Virus record (IMG/VR): IMGVR_UViG_3300025617_000008
Strand: one strand, 5' to 3'
DNA from: an uncultured virus (IMG/VR IMGVR_UViG_3300025617_000008)
Lineage: Duplodnaviria; Heunggongvirae; Uroviricota; Caudoviricetes
DNA: 64,000 bases
Position numbers and translations under genes: made by a program. Positions 1-8,370 of this stretch are shown piece after piece (the first letter of the stretch is position 1; the number at the start of each line of letters is the position of its first letter). The notes beneath the pieces are model-generated. The model was not told where the DNA came from and searched no databases. It saw nothing but the letters and a program-made list of their open reading frames with translations.

Positions 1-107
1 ATTGGGAGTATGTAGGCAAACAGCCAGCCAGTGATTATTCTTTTAGTTTGCCTGTAATAAATCAAGAGACAGGTGAAAAATCCATTTACTGGAAATTAGA
101 GAAGTAA
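1..107 (+). CDS. 3' end of a hypothetical protein (partial)
   Basis: Open frame from position 3 (WEYVGKQPASDYSF...YWKLEK) ending TAA at 105-107. Confidence 0.5.
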   Translation, partial: WEYVGKQPASDYSFSLPVINQETGEKSIYWKLEK

Positions 108-121
108 ATAAAACATATTCA

Positions 122-195
122 GCGGGTATTGTGTAATGGTAAGACCTTAGCCTTCCAAGCTAATGATAGGAGTTCGATTCTCCTTACCCGCTCCA
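122..195 (+). tRNA. tRNA-Gly(TCC)
   Basis: Acceptor GCGGGTA/TACCCGC, anticodon stem TTAGC/GCTAA around CT-TCC-AA, T-loop TTCGATT, encoded CCA. Confidence 0.95.
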
Positions 196-271
196 AGATA
201 GTGTGGCGACTTAATACGCTCGCGTGAGCCAACGGTTAGCTCATACCAATAACTTCAGAGGAGATTGTATA

Positions 272-730
272 ATGAATTATTGGGAAAAGTTATTTCATAC
301 CTGTGCTATTGTTTGGGGTATGACTTTTTTAATTGCCGTTAGCGGAGTAGCACACGCAGAAATTAATGATAAAAATGTAATGGGAGTTGTTGAGCACCAT
401 TATAAAACTGTAATTCAACAGCATCCTTATACTGTAGAAGTTTGTAAAGATGTACACGTACCTGGTGACAAAACCGGTGATGCTCTTACAGGGGCAATCA
501 TTGGAGGTGTTATTGGAAACAATGTTACTAAGAATGTTGAAAACGGTGCGGCTGTCGGTGCGTTGCTTGGAGGTATTATTGGTCACAATAATTCAAAAGC
601 AAAGGGTGGCGTGAAAAGACAATGTCAAACCGAAACACGTTACAATGAAACTTCAAATGAAGTTTATAGTCATAGTGTAATTACATTTTGGTATGATGGT
701 AAGCAACAGAAAATGCGGTTTACCAGATAA
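272..730 (+). CDS. Glycine-zipper membrane/secreted protein
   Basis: GAGGAG upstream of ATG 272 (preferred to GTG 224); hydrophobic N-terminus ending AHA; GAIIGGVIG...GALLGGIIG glycine zipper. Confidence 0.75.
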   Translation: MNYWEKLFHTCAIVWGMTFLIAVSGVAHAEINDKNVMGVVEHHYKTVIQQHPYTVEVCKDVHVPGDKTGDALTGAIIGGVIGNNVTKNVENGAAVGALLGGIIGHNNSKAKGGVKRQCQTETRYNETSNEVYSHSVITFWYDGKQQKMRFTR

Positions 731-736
731 AGAATA

Positions 737-828
737 GGATAGGTGGGTGAGTGGCTTAAACCAGTGGATTGCTAATCCGCCGTACGCAGTAATGTGTACC
801 GAGGGTTCGAATCCCTCCCTATCCGCCA
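737..828 (+). tRNA. tRNA-Ser(GCT)
   Basis: Acceptor GGATAGG/CCTATCC, G73, TT-GCT-AA loop, long variable arm, TTCGAAT, CCA. Confidence 0.95.
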
Positions 829-843
829 TTTTAGGAGATGAAG

Positions 844-948
844 ATGTTAATGAATTTTTTTAAAAAACTGTTTGGTGGAACACAACGTTCAATTGACCTT
901 TCTCAACACCGAGCACACAGTCATCGCTACGAAGACATGTGTATGTAA
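844..948 (+). CDS. 34-aa small protein (MLMNFFKKLFGG...HRYEDMCM)
   Basis: AGGAG RBS upstream; fills the gap between tRNA-Ser and the next gene; not in the ORF track. Confidence 0.55.
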   Translation: MLMNFFKKLFGGTQRSIDLSQHRAHSHRYEDMCM

Positions 949-961
949 TTTAGGAGAACTT

Positions 962-1120
962 ATGTCAGACGGAGGCAAAGGTGATGGAAGAAGAAAAAGC
1001 GCAGATGACGCAAAGTATGCAGAAGGATGGGACCGAATCTTTGGAAACAAAGATCGCCGAAATGAAGGGGATACCAACAAAGGACAATCTCCTGACAATG
1101 CTAAAAGAACAGGTAGTTGA
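962..1120 (+). CDS. Small hypothetical protein (GKGDGRR...YAEGWDRIFG)
   Basis: TAGGAG RBS before ATG 962, so the upstream extension to 872 is probably not real. Confidence 0.6.
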   Translation: MSDGGKGDGRRKSADDAKYAEGWDRIFGNKDRRNEGDTNKGQSPDNAKRTGS

Positions 1121-1331
1121 AGTAACTTTTACTAAACTTAACGGAGAGGACAGAGTAATGCCCTGTACTCTTATACCAAGTTATCTACCGCCCGCAAAGA
1201 AAGACGATCCAACAACACAGAAGAAAGTTCGCGAAATCTCTGATAAAGTGATTGTTGCTTGGGCGGTAGAATCTAAAGGATTCCGCAGTTTTCGTTACGA
1301 TAGGATAAAAAATATCAAGCTCTTAGACTAA
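981..1331 (+). CDS. WYL_2/Sm-like SH3-fold protein
   Basis: VTFTKLNGEDRVMPCTL...GFRSFR motif typical of this phage family; exact start uncertain. Confidence 0.7.
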   Translation: MMEEEKAQMTQSMQKDGTESLETKIAEMKGIPTKDNLLTMLKEQVVEVTFTKLNGEDRVMPCTLIPSYLPPAKKDDPTTQKKVREISDKVIVAWAVESKGFRSFRYDRIKNIKLLD

Positions 1332-1346
1332 CAGTTAAATAGCTGT

Positions 1347-1928
1347 ATGTCATATATTGGAAACTGCGCCTCAATCATTGATTGGAATACTGTTGTACAA
1401 GAGTTGGAAAATACTACTGGTACATTTAGAGGGTTTGAAACACCTTACGAAAATCCAGTCACACTCGACCTAGTCGATAACAAAGCACCTTTGGAATATG
1501 ATTATCTACGTGATAATGATGATATAAACAAAGCATATTCAGAAAATGAGGCTCTTCAATTTTATACATACACTGCTGGTAAATCATACAGCAGAAATAT
1601 AGACAACAAATTCGCCGAATGGTTAGGGGTTGATGTTTCTCTAAGTTGGATCAGTAAAGTAGGTGTTGGCAAAGTTGCGGCACCGCACATTGATGACGAA
1701 GAAGTCTACTGGTCAAAAGAACAATTTCCAAATAGAAAACTACTAAGATACCATTGCCATATTTCTTCACCTGAAATGGGTGCAGCATTTATGGTAGAAA
1801 AAGAATGTTATCATATGGCCGAACTTGGTGATGTATATCAATGGCCAAGCGCAGACAGTTTACACTGCGGAGTTAATGGTAGTACAAAAACTAAATTCCT
1901 ATATCATTTTATAGGAGTACAGAAATGA
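1347..1928 (+). CDS. 2OG-Fe(II) oxygenase-like (cupin fold)
   Basis: PHIDD (HxD) and distal LHCGVN...K. Confidence 0.7.
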   Translation: MSYIGNCASIIDWNTVVQELENTTGTFRGFETPYENPVTLDLVDNKAPLEYDYLRDNDDINKAYSENEALQFYTYTAGKSYSRNIDNKFAEWLGVDVSLSWISKVGVGKVAAPHIDDEEVYWSKEQFPNRKLLRYHCHISSPEMGAAFMVEKECYHMAELGDVYQWPSADSLHCGVNGSTKTKFLYHFIGVQK

Positions 1929-2536
1929 ACATATACCATAGGTTTATTGATTTACCTTTTGAAATATCAAAACCCAAACAATTCGATAACAGCATTGACA
2001 GTTTTATTACATACGTTGGACGTGATGCTGTACCTCCAGAACTAGAACCTTGGCTGGATTCATTTGGTCTTACATTAAGTAATGTAATTGAAGGTTTTTA
2101 TTCAGCACCTAACGGCGGTGAAGTTCCTGTACACAATGATACTATAACTAAGCCTGGCGAACACGATGCTATTAAAATTAACATGACGTGGGGTCCACAA
2201 CATAGTGTTACAAGATGGTGGCGAGCAAAATCTGAAGACAACCTTATAGAGATAGTACACGACGAAACGGAAGTGAATAACGGATTTGCCGAAGCAGGCA
2301 TTGTACCTGATATCGAATGTTACAAATGCTATTCAGCACAACTTCATCATTTAGATCTTGTACACGAACAAGTAATTAATCAACCTAGCATACTTAATGT
2401 TGGTCAATTACATTCAACATACAATCCAGACCCAACCGAGCATAGATGGACATTATCTTTTACTCCGCTTAAAGAAGGAAAACTAATTAACTTCGATCAA
2501 GCATTAACTATATTTGAATCATGTATAAAAAATTAA
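1925..2536 (+). CDS. 2OG-Fe(II) oxygenase-like (cupin fold)
   Basis: VHND, LHSTYN, RWTLS; ATGA overlap with upstream gene. Confidence 0.65.
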   Translation: MNIYHRFIDLPFEISKPKQFDNSIDSFITYVGRDAVPPELEPWLDSFGLTLSNVIEGFYSAPNGGEVPVHNDTITKPGEHDAIKINMTWGPQHSVTRWWRAKSEDNLIEIVHDETEVNNGFAEAGIVPDIECYKCYSAQLHHLDLVHEQVINQPSILNVGQLHSTYNPDPTEHRWTLSFTPLKEGKLINFDQALTIFESCIKN

Positions 2537-3048
2537 AAATTATTTTTCCGAAAGACCCTGACAAAAACTATTTTAGTTTTAAAAAGCAGAGATATGTAAA
2601 CGACCTTAATATCTTTATCAACGATTCTCTTTTGTGTTCTCACATTAATGATGCTGAAGAATATTTACCGATGGAGATTGATAAAGAAATAGACCTTGAT
2701 GAGTCTGTTGAAAATAGTATTAAGTTTCAATACAACATGTCTTTTGGTCCGCACACAGAAAAAGTAGACGTTACTTTTAACTTAAAAACAAACGGTGTAT
2801 GTACTACTACAATATACAGATACAACTATGTAAAAGGTGCTGAAGTATTAGACGATGATTATCTAGTAACATTTTTAGTCAATGACCGTAAAACACTATT
2901 AGATAAGACATACCACGAAGGCGATACCAAAGACATTGTTTTTGATAATTATTATTCGTACCCACTAAAAGTAAGATGGTTTAGTTACAAACCATTTACA
3001 GATACTAAAAGCATTTATTGGGATGACATTGAATTCAGGTTAGGTTAA
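2521..3048 (+). CDS. Hypothetical protein within the tailoring-enzyme operon
   Basis: Overlaps both neighbours; no recognisable motif. Confidence 0.65.
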   Translation: MYKKLKIIFPKDPDKNYFSFKKQRYVNDLNIFINDSLLCSHINDAEEYLPMEIDKEIDLDESVENSIKFQYNMSFGPHTEKVDVTFNLKTNGVCTTTIYRYNYVKGAEVLDDDYLVTFLVNDRKTLLDKTYHEGDTKDIVFDNYYSYPLKVRWFSYKPFTDTKSIYWDDIEFRLG

Positions 3049-4154
3049 TGGAATATACAGGATTAATACCAGAAGTACAAAAACCAGTACGTCCAGCATT
3101 GCCTCACTGGCGATACGGAGTCATAGAAGATGGTGTCAAGAAAATTGATCCGTTACTTCATTACGGATGTTTTACTTTGGGTTTTGAAAATCCTAACATC
3201 ATAGACAAAGTTTGCCAAGTAATGAAAAACATCAAACCTGAAATTGCTGAAGTTGTAGGTTATGGTGACATACGACTAAATCAAGTAAGTTATGAATTAC
3301 AAAATAGACTTTATCAAGTAACAGGCGGCTACAATAGTTTTTATGCTTTATCAGGCAGTGACGCAAATGAAGGTGCTGTTAAGTTAGCAAGTGCTTATCA
3401 TCATTCTAGAGGTAACACTAAAAAAACAAAGATCCTAAGTCTAACACCAAGTTATCATGGAAGCACATATCTCACAAGCTCATTAGGCTGTGATACATTA
3501 ATGAACGATCCCTTTTACAACTTTAAAGAGTCCGACAACGTAATACGGGTTCATAGGGATTTTTTACACACAGACCAAGACTGGAACGAGATAGGAGCAG
3601 TCATGGTTGAAACTTGTTCTTATGGAAGTGATCTAACTCCATTTACAACAGACTTTTGGGAAAAAATTACATACATTCAAAATACATATGATGTATTAAT
3701 TATTATTGATGATATTTTTATGGGCGGCGGCAAAACTGGCCATTATGTAGGATGGAAGCATTTACCGGTTAAGCCAGATATCTTTACTATGGGCAAAGCA
3801 ATAACTGGAGGATTCTTTCCGTTAAGCATTACGCTCTATAACCAAAAAGTTAAAGAAGGTCTGCCTTCCAATTTTAGATGGGAGCATGGTTTTACCTATA
3901 ACTTTAGTATTCCCGGTATTGTAAGTGCTATAGAATATTTAGATATTGTACACAATCAAAATCTTGTTGGACAACATACTAGTTTAGTTAATCGTGCTAA
4001 GAATATATTTTTAGATTCAGGTTACACTATTATTAATAATTTTGGATTATATTTTTTAGTACAGAAATATAAGTTTAAAACTATGTATATGATTCCGTTG
4101 AATGCTGATGATATCTATTTTAAAGTATTACAGGAAGAAATAAATCGCAAATGA
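3048..4154 (+). CDS. Class III PLP-dependent aminotransferase
   Basis: SGSDANEGAVK, SYHGST, DDIFMGGGKTG, PDIFTMGKAITGG (PLP lysine), HGFTY. Confidence 0.9.
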   Translation: MEYTGLIPEVQKPVRPALPHWRYGVIEDGVKKIDPLLHYGCFTLGFENPNIIDKVCQVMKNIKPEIAEVVGYGDIRLNQVSYELQNRLYQVTGGYNSFYALSGSDANEGAVKLASAYHHSRGNTKKTKILSLTPSYHGSTYLTSSLGCDTLMNDPFYNFKESDNVIRVHRDFLHTDQDWNEIGAVMVETCSYGSDLTPFTTDFWEKITYIQNTYDVLIIIDDIFMGGGKTGHYVGWKHLPVKPDIFTMGKAITGGFFPLSITLYNQKVKEGLPSNFRWEHGFTYNFSIPGIVSAIEYLDIVHNQNLVGQHTSLVNRAKNIFLDSGYTIINNFGLYFLVQKYKFKTMYMIPLNADDIYFKVLQEEINRK

Positions 4155-4687
4155 TGGATGTTGTTAAAAACTTTTTAACTGATAGTGAATACGAGAAGTT
4201 CTTATCATTAGTAGAAACGTGCTCAGTCAAAGAAGAAGGCGAAGCACACTATAATGATGACAACGCTATCCAAGGTTTTGACAATAGTGCTTATATATTA
4301 ACAACAGAAGAATTTCAAAACTGGTGGCTTGATATATTAAAAAGCAAGAACTACATTAAACATACAGTTACTCCTAAAGATATTATGAGTTTGTATATTG
4401 TAGAATCAAGACCTCCATACCATGCTAACTGGCATCGCGACAGCATGGGCGAACTTGACTTAGGAAGTATAATATTATATTTTGGTAGAGATTTTGATGT
4501 TCACGATGGCGGACTATTTTTAGCAAAGCAACACGAAACTGACATACAAGGACAATGGGTACTTCCATCAGACAATGTTGGCATTATAAATCCAAATGAT
4601 GTTGTACACATAGTAACAAAATTTGAAAACAAAGACATAGTAAGAAAGATGGTTATTATGTTTTTAAGACAGAAAGATTTTACATGA
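4151..4687 (+). CDS. 2OG-Fe(II) oxygenase (prolyl-4-hydroxylase-like)
   Basis: WHRD, DGGLF, VHIVT, distal R. Confidence 0.8.
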   Translation: MMDVVKNFLTDSEYEKFLSLVETCSVKEEGEAHYNDDNAIQGFDNSAYILTTEEFQNWWLDILKSKNYIKHTVTPKDIMSLYIVESRPPYHANWHRDSMGELDLGSIILYFGRDFDVHDGGLFLAKQHETDIQGQWVLPSDNVGIINPNDVVHIVTKFENKDIVRKMVIMFLRQKDFT

Positions 4688-5751
4688 TTTATACAGAATT
4701 CGATCCATTACAAGAAGTAATTGTAGGTGACTCATATGAAGCAAGCGATCTAATCAATCTGCTCCATAAAAGAAATTTAAATGGATTTGATAAAATCCTA
4801 GAAGAAACAAAAGAAGATCTTGATAACTTATCTTCACTGTTACAATCTCACGGTGTAATAGTACATAGACCAGATGTATATAGATTTAGCACAAATATAG
4901 AGATGCCTACGTTTGATATCAGACTTCCTATGAGTCCGCTAGTTCCACGTGACGCTTACATTGTTCGCGGAAAAACTGTGATACAAACTTATACAAGTCT
5001 AACAGATAGATATTTTGACAGCCATTCTTATTATAATATTTTTAAAGACTTATTTGATCAAGGATACAACTGGATTAGTCAACCATCACCTGTACTAAAA
5101 AATCTTAATGAAACAGAAAGATGGTTCTTTGACAAAGATGTATATAATAGAGAACTTAATGATAAAGTACTTTGGCATACTGCTACAATGTTTCAGGCAG
5201 GCGATGCTGTTATTATTAATAACAAAGGACCTGGTACACAATCTGGTCTAGAATGGATGAAAAGAAATCTTCCTGATACTAGATTTATTACTAATGAGAA
5301 TACTGTATTTGAAAACTTTGGACACATTGATCACGGGTTTATCTTAATCGATGACGACACTGTAATCCACGCAGGAATAGAATGGGTTCCGGATGCTATT
5401 AAAAACAAAAAATTAATTGATATCAAAAAATATCTTCCTGAGCTTAAACTAGAAAGATTTAAACAAGATTATTCACAAAGCGGAAGTAGGTACGATGTTG
5501 AATGGGTTGAAAAGTATCTTGAAAACTGGAAGGGATATAATCAAGAAGTATGCTTTGATCTGAATGTAATTATTGTTGACAGTAAAAATATTGTGTGGGG
5601 CCGTGAAATACCTGAACTATTTAGATATCTAAAAACATTTGGCATTGAAAGCACTGTTGCTCCTATGCGACATTCTCTATTTTGGGAGGGCGGCATTCAT
5701 TGTGCTACTTTAGATATTAAAAGAAATGGTGTGTCACGAACAATAATCTAA
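4684..5751 (+). CDS. Amidinotransferase (glycine/inosamine-phosphate amidinotransferase family)
   Basis: EFDPLQEVIVG, PRD, GHID, C-terminal GGIHCATLD with catalytic Cys. Confidence 0.9.
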   Translation: MIYTEFDPLQEVIVGDSYEASDLINLLHKRNLNGFDKILEETKEDLDNLSSLLQSHGVIVHRPDVYRFSTNIEMPTFDIRLPMSPLVPRDAYIVRGKTVIQTYTSLTDRYFDSHSYYNIFKDLFDQGYNWISQPSPVLKNLNETERWFFDKDVYNRELNDKVLWHTATMFQAGDAVIINNKGPGTQSGLEWMKRNLPDTRFITNENTVFENFGHIDHGFILIDDDTVIHAGIEWVPDAIKNKKLIDIKKYLPELKLERFKQDYSQSGSRYDVEWVEKYLENWKGYNQEVCFDLNVIIVDSKNIVWGREIPELFRYLKTFGIESTVAPMRHSLFWEGGIHCATLDIKRNGVSRTII

Positions 5752-6185
5752 TTTCCGTAACTTTTTATTTCTTCCAAATAATCTTTGTCCCACTTATCGT
5801 AGTAATCTGTTTTTTCTAATAGACTTCTAGCAGTAAGTAATTCTTTTTTAGTTTGTACAATTATTAACGGCAAGCATTCATTGCCAGTTTCAACACCGTT
5901 AATGTAATTTTTCTTTTCAGGATGATCGGGTAAAAATATATACTTCTTATGTTTCTTATTAAGTTTACGACACAGCGTTTCAAGCTCATCAAATGTAGAA
6001 TTTACAGCAGTTTCAATGTAAATTGTAATTTGGCTGCCTAAAGGTTCTATATTTTGGATAGATAGTTTTTCCACAGGAATTACGCCGGGCATTCTAGCAA
6101 ACGGACAAATGCTTTTTCCATTTAGTTCTGGTCTAGACTGCTTTACTTTATTAAGCCATTGAGCAATTACTTTAACTGGATTCAT
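5748..6185 (-). CDS. Hypothetical protein (ICPFA motif)
   Basis: 145-aa ORF with TATAAATA 5 nt upstream of the ATG. Confidence 0.7.
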   Translation of the reverse strand: MNPVKVIAQWLNKVKQSRPELNGKSICPFARMPGVIPVEKLSIQNIEPLGSQITIYIETAVNSTFDELETLCRKLNKKHKKYIFLPDHPEKKNYINGVETGNECLPLIIVQTKKELLTARSLLEKTDYYDKWDKDYLEEIKSYGN

Positions 6186-6190
6186 AATGA

Positions 6191-6198
6191 TATTTATA
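6191..6198 (-). promoter_or_regulatory. T4-type late promoter TATAAATA
   Basis: Exact match to the gp55 late consensus, 5 nt before ATG 6185. Confidence 0.65.
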
Positions 6199-6224
6199 AT
6201 TTGTCCAAAATGTACATTTAATAC

Positions 6225-6252
6225 TTGACTTCTAGCACAAAGATGTTATTAT
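6225..6252 (+). promoter_or_regulatory. Sigma70-type promoter
   Basis: TTGACT-16 nt-TATTAT with TGn extended -10; predicted start near 6259. Confidence 0.7.
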
Positions 6253-6258
6253 TAGTAT

Positions 6259-6483
6259 GTTGTGTTAGGCATTGTGTTTAACACAACCGGGAAAGCAAAG
6301 GGTAGATGAGGATAGGCAGTTTTTATTTTACAGCTCATTGAAACAGCATGTAAAGTGATAGTTGTGTGCTCCGACATTAGAAAATTTGTTCTTTGCTGGT
6401 CGGTGATAAGCAAACTATTTGTTTTTTGAAACTTGTAGTTTGACACTTGTTAATTGTTGTGCTTATTACTTGACCTTTTGCGG
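6259..6483 (+). ncRNA. Candidate structured RNA with a 7-nt-periodic UUG tract
   Basis: Hairpin 6259-6287; long-range stems 6295-6303/6473-6481 and 6311-6318/6460-6467; internal hairpins 6327-6354 and 6358-6418; TTG at 6419, 6426, 6433, 6440, 6447, 6454. Confidence 0.65.
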
Positions 6484-6511
6484 ACCTGTTAAACTCATTG
6501 AAAGGATAAAC

Positions 6512-6775
6512 ATGGCGAGAATTACATCTCAAACAGCAATTGAAGCAGTTGGTGGCGACCAATTTTTGTTAATCAGAATGGCCTCATACAGAGCAAGATT
6601 GCTTAGTACAGGCACAGACAAACCGAGGGTTGATCCAAAAGACAATAAATGGGGTGTGATAGCTATTAGAGAAATAGAAGAAGGCAAATATACTGTTGAA
6701 GAATACGAACAGAATTTATTGGTTGGATTTGAAAAAGAAAAAGCAGATGAGGTAGACGATGAATATCAATCTTAG
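6512..6775 (+). CDS. rpoZ: RNA polymerase omega subunit homolog
   Basis: MARITSQTAIEAVGG.QFLLI..ASYRAR...VIAIREIEEG aligns by eye with proteobacterial RpoZ; AAGGA RBS before ATG 6512. Confidence 0.88.
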   Translation: MARITSQTAIEAVGGDQFLLIRMASYRARLLSTGTDKPRVDPKDNKWGVIAIREIEEGKYTVEEYEQNLLVGFEKEKADEVDDEYQS

Positions 6776-7319
6776 AAAAGCTAACGCTATTCAAAATCAA
6801 ATTATTGAAACCATTGCGGAAATTGAAATGCCGCAAACGGTTACTATTAACGAGTTTCAACATGCTGATGTTGAGATAGCAAATGCGAAAGTTACCCTTA
6901 TGGATAACGATCGAAAACGAGCAATGTTGACTACTGCTCTTTATAATATTCGTGGGTTAGTTTCCGAAGCTAATCAGCAAAGTGGAATTAGTCTTCTACT
7001 AACTAAAAGCGCCTTGGCTGAGAAGCGAATTCAGCAAGTTCGCGAACTTGCTAGGATGACTGTAGTAACTCCACTAGAAGTTATCGAAGGACGACTTGAA
7101 AAAATCAAATCACGTAAAAGTGATGAGTTTTACGGTCGTGATGAAATTACTTCAGGAATCGTAGGTGCTAAAGATATTAGCCAGTTTAAATCTGAACTGA
7201 AAAGTATCCAAAAGCAAAAGCGCAAATACGCTGACGAAATTCTAGAGCTTAACATTAAGACCGAAGTACCTCTTTCTGAGGATACTATTAATGTTTTAAC
7301 CGAAGCTGGAATTATTTAA
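6759..7319 (+). CDS. Helical/coiled-coil hypothetical protein (possibly DIP1984/septicolysin-like)
   Basis: 186 aa, long helices, C-terminal ILELNIKTEV; family assignment tentative. Confidence 0.7.
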   Translation: MNINLRKANAIQNQIIETIAEIEMPQTVTINEFQHADVEIANAKVTLMDNDRKRAMLTTALYNIRGLVSEANQQSGISLLLTKSALAEKRIQQVRELARMTVVTPLEVIEGRLEKIKSRKSDEFYGRDEITSGIVGAKDISQFKSELKSIQKQKRKYADEILELNIKTEVPLSEDTINVLTEAGII

Positions 7320-7493
7320 ATGTCAGAGATTGTAAAATATAAAATTACAATCACAAAGGGTAATGATGTGGATGAACAAATTCACATTGCTGATTATCCA
7401 TCAATTGAAAAACTTGTAGAAAATTTTTATAATAACGGTGCTGATGCTGTTGAACTGGAGTTATTAGAAACACATGTCGTCAGAAGCTATTAA
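7320..7493 (+). CDS. 57-aa hypothetical protein
   Basis: ATG immediately after the preceding TAA; overlaps next gene; not in the ORF track. Confidence 0.55.
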   Translation: MSEIVKYKITITKGNDVDEQIHIADYPSIEKLVENFYNNGADAVELELLETHVVRSY

Positions 7494-7722
7494 ACCTTAC
7501 CAACCACTAGCATGGGCATCTACGTTTTGCCTACTTGCGTCAGCGGGACTACTTTCTTTGTACCCTAATGATGTGTATGCTACGTACGGATTTTTTATTG
7601 CCAGCACACTTTGGACTATTGTTGGTGTACTTTGGAAAGAAAAGTCATTGATCTTTCTTAACGGATCGCTTACAATAATATATGTAATAGGAATTTTAAA
7701 GCATTTGGCAACAATGCTTTGA
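7474..7722 (+). CDS. Small three-TM membrane protein
   Basis: Three hydrophobic segments, W..VG.LWKE.SLI.LN motif. Confidence 0.7.
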   Translation: MSSEAIKPYQPLAWASTFCLLASAGLLSLYPNDVYATYGFFIASTLWTIVGVLWKEKSLIFLNGSLTIIYVIGILKHLATML

Positions 7723-7731
7723 TGACGGTTA

Positions 7732-7808
7732 CTGCCCTTAGCTCAGCTGGATAGAGCAACAGCCTTCTAAGCTGTGGGTCAGAGGTTCGAATCCTCTAGG
7801 GCAGGCCA
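7732..7808 (+). tRNA. tRNA-Arg(TCT)
   Basis: CTGCCCT/AGGGCAG acceptor, GCTC/GAGC D-stem, ACAGC-CT-TCT-AA-GCTGT, TTCGAAT, CCA. Confidence 0.95.
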
Positions 7809-7919
7809 AATCGTGCTACTAGAAAGTAGCACAATGTCGGGAGAGAGATGAAAGGTAGCGTTTCTCTTGTATAAGATAGTCGGAGGGGATCTTGTACGTT
7901 TTAACAAAGGAAATTTTCT

Positions 7920-8345
7920 GTGATTAGAACTATTAAAAATAACGAAGCACACTTAATAACAGGAGACCCTGTAAGACCACATATTCCATTTGAAAAAAGA
8001 ATGGGCAATGGACGTAATGTTGTTGTCCTAGATGAAAATGGGGAAGTAGGAGCAGTTGTTTGTACAGCATTGGTAAATACCGTGCCAACAACTGAAGAAG
8101 AACTATTTGAATATGCTGATCCTATGGGGGACATTCTTGTCGCTTATACCGTGTGGAGTTATACAAAAGGTTCTGGGAGATCAATTATTAATCAATTGCG
8201 TGAAAGTGCTATTGATGAAAAATGTTCTCAACTAGTTACACTAAGTCCTAAGACAGAAATGGCGGAGAGATTTCATATTAGCAATGGGGCTAAATGCATC
8301 TCTAGGAATGATAGTTCCAACAACTTTGAATATGATCTAGCCTAA
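7920..8345 (+). CDS. Hypothetical protein, GNAT-like motif
   Basis: AAGGA RBS and GTG start; YTVWSYTKGSGR...VTLSP...AERFH.SNGA. Confidence 0.65.
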   Translation: MIRTIKNNEAHLITGDPVRPHIPFEKRMGNGRNVVVLDENGEVGAVVCTALVNTVPTTEEELFEYADPMGDILVAYTVWSYTKGSGRSIINQLRESAIDEKCSQLVTLSPKTEMAERFHISNGAKCISRNDSSNNFEYDLA

Positions 8346-8370
8346 GATCGACAACTACGGAGACAGATTT

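Noticed and set aside
6259..6483. Reading the structured element as 6S RNA or a CRISPR array
   Set aside because: It is multi-branched rather than a rod with a central bubble, and the repeat unit is 3 fixed plus 4 variable nt, far too short for CRISPR; no cas genes seen
6252..6562. ORFs 6252-6446(-), 6377-6562(-) and the 6419 extension of rpoZ
   Set aside because: No RBS or protein-like composition; RpoZ homology and an RBS start at 6512; the region is better explained as structured RNA
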